From: an uncultured virus (IMG/VR IMGVR_UViG_3300028832_000125)
Taxonomy: Duplodnaviria; Heunggongvirae; Uroviricota; Caudoviricetes
Direction: 5' to 3' (one strand)
Virus record (IMG/VR): IMGVR_UViG_3300028832_000125
Length of the DNA stretch: 20,000 bases
A model generated the notes under the pieces. The model was given only the letters and a program-made list of their open reading frames with translations, did no database searches and was not told where the DNA came from. The position numbers and the translations under genes were made by a program. Positions 16,457-20,000 of the stretch are shown here, piece after piece (position 1 is the stretch's first letter; each line of letters opens with the position of its first letter).

Positions 16457-17044
16457 ATGGATACGACTGTAGGAGCAAAAGCCTTGATGTGGGGTTCCAT
16501 AGGAACCGAGTTGATAGGTGTTGTCTATGACCTCAGATACATGGTTATCTGTTCGGTTGTTCTTATCCTGGCTGACTTGTGGTGGGGTTACTCAGAGTCC
16601 AAACTGCGGCTGTCGGAGGCAAAGGAGAAAGGCAGTGCCGCCCTTGAAGAGAAATTCAAGTGGCACAAGAGCCGGGCAGGGCGCAGGACGGCAAACAAGG
16701 TTGTTGACTATCTGACATATCTCGTAGTCGGAGCCTTCATCGGCCTCGCCATCACGGAACCAATGGATATTTGTAGCCATATATGGAGTGCCGCCATCGG
16801 CCTCGGTATCGGCTGTGCCTGCGAGATTGCCTCTATCATAGGGCATATCGCCTACGTGAAACTCGGAGTTGAAATCAGCCTGGTTGACGGGTGGAGAGTA
16901 TTCGTCCGATTCTTGGGAAAACTTATCAAGTCAAAGAGTAACGAGATTGGTGAGGCCGTGGAAGACTTGGGGCGTGAGGGCCACCGTCACCACCATCACC
17001 ACATGCCGGACATCTATGACGAAGAGCAGAATATGGAGTTTTAG
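16457..17044 (+). CDS. Phage holin
   Basis: Several hydrophobic segments; ADLWWG...KSRAGRRTANKVVDYLTYL...CEIASIIGH pattern of Bacteroidales phage holins; directly upstream of the endolysin. Confidence 0.8.
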   Translation: MDTTVGAKALMWGSIGTELIGVVYDLRYMVICSVVLILADLWWGYSESKLRLSEAKEKGSAALEEKFKWHKSRAGRRTANKVVDYLTYLVVGAFIGLAITEPMDICSHIWSAAIGLGIGCACEIASIIGHIAYVKLGVEISLVDGWRVFVRFLGKLIKSKSNEIGEAVEDLGREGHRHHHHHMPDIYDEEQNMEF

Positions 17045-17047
17045 AAT

Positions 17048-17608
17048 ATGGCAAGACTTGAAACATTATGGCCTTTCATCCTTTCGTGGGAAGGAGGCTT
17101 CGCAAACGTCCCCGGTGACAAGGGCGGTGCAACGAAGTACGGTGTCACCATATCCACTTGGAAAGCGCAGGGCTATGACAAGGATGGTGACGGTGACATA
17201 GACGTACAGGACTTGAAACTCATCACCACCGATGATGCCATGAGGATATGCCGCTTGAACTTCTGGAACCGTTGGAAAGCGGATGAGATTAAAGACCAGA
17301 GCGTGGCAAACCTGCTCGTTGACTGGGTATGGGCCTCTGGTGCACACGGCATAAAGAGACCTCAGAGAATCCTCGGTGTGAAGGTTGACGGTATCGTAGG
17401 CCCTAAGACCATCGCCGCCATCAATAACTGGAAGTACGGGCAGCGCGACCTGTTCAATGCCATTATGAAAGACCGTCTGGCCTTCATAAACAGCATTGCG
17501 GTAGGTACGCAGGCCAAGTTCAAGACGGGTTGGCTGAACCGTCTTCGTTCCATCCAGTACGGGTCTCTGACACTGAACACTAACCCGAAGAAAACGGTGA
17601 GGTTCTGA
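17048..17608 (+). CDS. Endolysin, glycoside hydrolase family 108 with C-terminal peptidoglycan-binding domain
   Basis: WEGGFANVPGDKGGATKYGVT catalytic motif, then QRILGVKVDGIVGPKT and KFKTGWLNR. Confidence 0.92.
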   Translation: MARLETLWPFILSWEGGFANVPGDKGGATKYGVTISTWKAQGYDKDGDGDIDVQDLKLITTDDAMRICRLNFWNRWKADEIKDQSVANLLVDWVWASGAHGIKRPQRILGVKVDGIVGPKTIAAINNWKYGQRDLFNAIMKDRLAFINSIAVGTQAKFKTGWLNRLRSIQYGSLTLNTNPKKTVRF

Positions 17609-17892
17609 TGGATAGACTGGAAAAGTTCGAGCGCGTGGAGTTCGTGGAGTACATGCCAGACCCTACCGAATACGAGTGGGCCGTGCTGTATGTAAGCATC
17701 TATTTCGGTCTCGCCATCTGCCTGTGCCCGTGCGGCTGCGGAACACCTTGCGTCATGCCGCTGAAACCCAATGACCCGCAAGGGTGGGATTTCTCAGAGC
17801 ATAACGGCAAGGTCACTCTCTCGCCATCCGTTCTACAGGATGGATGCAATGCGCATTTCTTTATTAGGGACAATAAAATAATTTGGGTATGA
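17608..17892 (+). CDS. DUF6527-like small Cys/His protein
   Basis: CLCPCGCG...W.....G.VTLSPSV....CNAHFFIRDNKIIW matches my recollection of the DUF6527 pattern. Start and stop overlap both neighbours. Confidence 0.75.
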   Translation: MDRLEKFERVEFVEYMPDPTEYEWAVLYVSIYFGLAICLCPCGCGTPCVMPLKPNDPQGWDFSEHNGKVTLSPSVLQDGCNAHFFIRDNKIIWV

Positions 17893-18458
17893 CTGAATAC
17901 GAGGTTTACAGAAGGTACTGGGAACACAGGTTGTACGAGCAGAACGGTTGCGGCCCTATGGTCGTATGTGTCCTGCTGTTGATCCTGTTCCTGGCCGCCT
18001 GCTGCCCTTGCAAGAATCTGGAAAACACGACAACGTTAGTTGAGCGTGATTCCACAGATACCAAGGTGAAGACTGAGATTATCTATGTCACCGACACGCT
18101 GTTGGTCGAGATTCCGGCCCAGAAGGCTGAGAGGACAACGGCAGACAGCGCGAGTCACCTTGAAAACGACTACGCCATGTCCGATGCGAGAATCAATCCA
18201 GACGGTACACTGTTCCACAGTCTCGAGACGAAGCCTCAGCAGAAGCCTGTCGAGTTCCAGAAGCCTGTCGAGAAAAAGGACAGCATCATCTACAGGTACA
18301 AGTACCGTGACAAGGAGGTAATCGTTGAAAAGAAACTCACCAGATGGGAAAAGTTCAAAATGGACTATGGAGGGTTTGCCTTCGGTGCCACCGTGGCATT
18401 GCTCCTACTGACCATCTACAGGGTTGTCAGAAAGGTGAAGAAGTTCACTATCATGTAG
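17889..18458 (+). CDS. Lipoprotein with C-terminal TM helix, putative unimolecular spanin
   Basis: Hydrophobic stretch plus lipobox (VLLLILFLAA-C), beta-rich middle, and C-terminal TM (YGGFAFGATVALLLLTIY) followed by a basic tail. Last gene of the lysis cassette. ATGA overlap at 17889; alternative ATG at 17958. Confidence 0.7.
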   Translation: MTEYEVYRRYWEHRLYEQNGCGPMVVCVLLLILFLAACCPCKNLENTTTLVERDSTDTKVKTEIIYVTDTLLVEIPAQKAERTTADSASHLENDYAMSDARINPDGTLFHSLETKPQQKPVEFQKPVEKKDSIIYRYKYRDKEVIVEKKLTRWEKFKMDYGGFAFGATVALLLLTIYRVVRKVKKFTIM

Positions 18459-18461
18459 AGT

Positions 18462-18496
18462 TGAGGGGTTGGCGAAGGGCTGACCCCTCATTCTTT
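18462..18496 (+). terminator. Intrinsic terminator between the convergent lysis operon and integrase
   Basis: TGAGGGGTTGGC-GAAGG-GCTGACCCCTCA (12-bp stem, two G:U pairs) followed by TTCTTT. The integrase stop codon lies in the right arm. Confidence 0.7.
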
Positions 18497-19729
18497 CCCC
18501 AAAACGTAGTCTATCACCTTGCGGTTTGCAGCGTCCACCTTGGCCATGTTGTAGTCAATGTAGATGGCCGTTGTCTTATTGGTGATGGAGTGGCCCAGAG
18601 AGGCAGAAATCGTCTCATGCGGTATATCCAACTCGCTTGCTATCGTAGCCCATGTGTGACGCGCCCAGTATGATGACAGGCCGGGGAAGGCGGCATGATG
18701 CACCTTGTGGAGCCTGTGCTTATGACTCCCCGGCTTCCATTTCGGGTTTGGCTCATAGGTCACGGGGCCTATCTCTTTGAGTCCCCTGTCGAACTTCTGC
18801 GTGAACGTCCGTGGCAGTCTGATGTCATCCATGAGATTCAGCAGGTGTTTCTTGCCACGGTAGCGGCTGATGATTTCCATCGCCTCCGGCTCCACCTTGA
18901 TACTATACATCTTCTTTGTCTTCGCACGCTTATAGACCAGATGGCCGTCCGGCGATATGTCGTAGAGCAGGCAGAGGTCTGTCACGTTGATGCCGATGAG
19001 GAAGAATGACAGTTTGAACATGTCGAGGTAACGCTGCTGATACGGCTCCACTGGATAGTTGAACAGTTCCCGCAGTTGACTGAGGGTGAGTGAGCGTTTC
19101 TTGGTGGCCTCCGGCCTTATCTTGAACTTGCGGAACGGGTAGGCAGTGGTGATGTCATTGTCTATGGCATCGTTGAAGACGGCACGGATATTCCTCAGAT
19201 GGATATTGCGCCCGTTCTTTGAGGGTGAGCACTTCATCAAGAAACGCTCGAAGCCGTCAAGCCATTCCTTTGATATGTCCTCGAAGGTGAGGGTACGCGC
19301 CTTGGAGTCATATTCCAGAATCTTCTTTAGCGTCTGGTCGTATTTCTCCTTAGTGCTTGCGGCATCCCGTGTGGAGGCATAGAGTTCAAATCGGTGAACC
19401 AGAGAATTAGGCTCATAGTCCTTTGGCTCCAGAATGGCCATCAGCCTGTTCTTAATCTGGGTGGCCGACAGTTTGGTTAGTTCCCCTTCAACGGTAAGCC
19501 TCATCAGCAGGTTGCTGACTTCCGTTTTACGGTTGGCGATGAAGGAGTTGATACTTTGCCTGTTCGGGTGTTCCTTGACCCTCTCCCTTACTGAATCCCA
19601 CTGGTTGGGGTGAATCCACTGGCCGAGGGGTATGTATGCCGATGACCCCCGCTTGTTGATGCCAATCTTTAGTTGCGCCTCAGAGCCTCTGAGACTGCGC
19701 CTGTCGAGATAAATGTGTACCGTTGCCAT
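18488..19729 (-). CDS. int: Tyrosine recombinase / phage integrase
   Basis: N-terminal arm-binding-type region (IYLDRR..LKIGI), SAM-like core (TFEDISKEWLDGFERFL), catalytic-region motifs YKRAKT, YWARHTWAT, LGHS, TAIY. Adjacent to a tRNA 3' end. Confidence 0.95.
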   Translation of the reverse strand: MATVHIYLDRRSLRGSEAQLKIGINKRGSSAYIPLGQWIHPNQWDSVRERVKEHPNRQSINSFIANRKTEVSNLLMRLTVEGELTKLSATQIKNRLMAILEPKDYEPNSLVHRFELYASTRDAASTKEKYDQTLKKILEYDSKARTLTFEDISKEWLDGFERFLMKCSPSKNGRNIHLRNIRAVFNDAIDNDITTAYPFRKFKIRPEATKKRSLTLSQLRELFNYPVEPYQQRYLDMFKLSFFLIGINVTDLCLLYDISPDGHLVYKRAKTKKMYSIKVEPEAMEIISRYRGKKHLLNLMDDIRLPRTFTQKFDRGLKEIGPVTYEPNPKWKPGSHKHRLHKVHHAAFPGLSSYWARHTWATIASELDIPHETISASLGHSITNKTTAIYIDYNMAKVDAANRKVIDYVLGKE

Positions 19730-19733
19730 AACT

Positions 19734-19790
19734 TTTGCGGTTTATTTGCGGTGGATTTTACCCAGAAGTACCCAAAAGTCCCCAAAGTAA
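19734..19790. repeat. Short direct repeats in the att region (candidate integrase arm / accessory-factor binding sites)
   Basis: TTTGCGGT at 19734 and 19745 (11-nt period); CCCAGAAGTA / CCCAAAAGTC / CCCAAAGTAA at 19761-19790 (10-nt period). Confidence 0.5.
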
Positions 19791-19859
19791 CTCCGTAACC
19801 GTTTCCTTATTTCATTGCTCTTTGCCCTTTGTTTACGGGCCTCATACGCTATTATTTCG

Positions 19860-19947
19860 CGGAGAGAACAGGATTCGAACCTGCGAACCGCTTTTGACGG
19901 TTACACGCTTTCCAGGCGTGCCTCTTCAACCACTCGAGCACCTCTCC
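19860..19947 (-). tRNA. tRNA-Ser(GGA), probable prophage integration site
   Basis: Reverse complement: GGAGAGGTGCTCGAGTGGTTGAAGAGGCACGCCTGGAAAGCGTGTAACCGTCAAAAGCGGTTCGCAGGTTCGAATCCTGTTCTCTCCG. Acceptor stem, anticodon loop CT-GGA-AA, long variable arm and TTCGAAT T-loop are present; CCA is not encoded. Confidence 0.97.
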
Positions 19948-19964
19948 TTGTTGATTTGCGGATG

Positions 19965-19972
19965 CAAAGGTA
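19965..19972 (-). promoter_or_regulatory. -7 element (TACCTTTG) of the tRNA promoter
   Basis: Plus-strand CAAAGGTA reads TACCTTTG on the minus strand, 17 nt upstream of the tRNA 5' end; matches the Bacteroidetes TAnnTTTG consensus. Confidence 0.7.
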
Positions 19973-20000
19973 ATCATTTTCCTTGAACTTTAAACTTTGA

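Larger units (their letters stand above)
1..19900. mobile_element. Temperate prophage (tail-DGR-lysis-integrase end), continuing beyond the left edge
   Basis: Module order tail > lysis > convergent integrase > tRNA 3' end. The exact att boundary cannot be fixed without the other prophage end. Confidence 0.9.

Noticed and set aside
18240..18272. 15-nt direct repeat CAGAAGCCTGTCGAG x2
   Set aside because: Small in-frame duplication (QKPVE-F-QKPVE) within the spanin-like gene; no sign of a separate function.
19735..19986. 83-aa plus-strand ORF
   Set aside because: Antisense to the tRNA-Ser and the att spacer; spurious.

Overview
This window is the late-gene end of a temperate Bacteroidales (Prevotella/Bacteroides-like, inferred) prophage, ending at its probable attachment site in a tRNA-Ser(GGA). 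Left to right: a 5'-truncated tail protein with six internal repeats, six small tail-region genes (one missed by the ORF track), a complete diversity-generating retroelement (DGR), two small genes, a lysis cassette, a convergent tyrosine integrase and the tRNA. The DGR comprises a 2248-aa target gene with a C-terminal variable region (VR 13446-13579), a GC-rich hairpin, an Avd-like gene, a template region (TR 14233-14357) and a reverse transcriptase. The lysis cassette is holin, GH108 endolysin, a DUF6527-like gene and a u-spanin-like lipoprotein. Every TR/VR substitution falls on a TR adenine. Main oddities: (i) the VR has 7 NNC codons where the TR has 4 AAC codons, so loop length appears to vary as well as sequence; (ii) the TR is read in frame inside the RT ORF; (iii) the RT has FVDD and IGNLTTQ motif variants; (iv) the target appears to contain a CotH-kinase-like region plus LRRs; (v) a stand-alone DUF6527-like gene sits inside the lysis cassette. 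All family assignments are by motif recognition; no searches were run.
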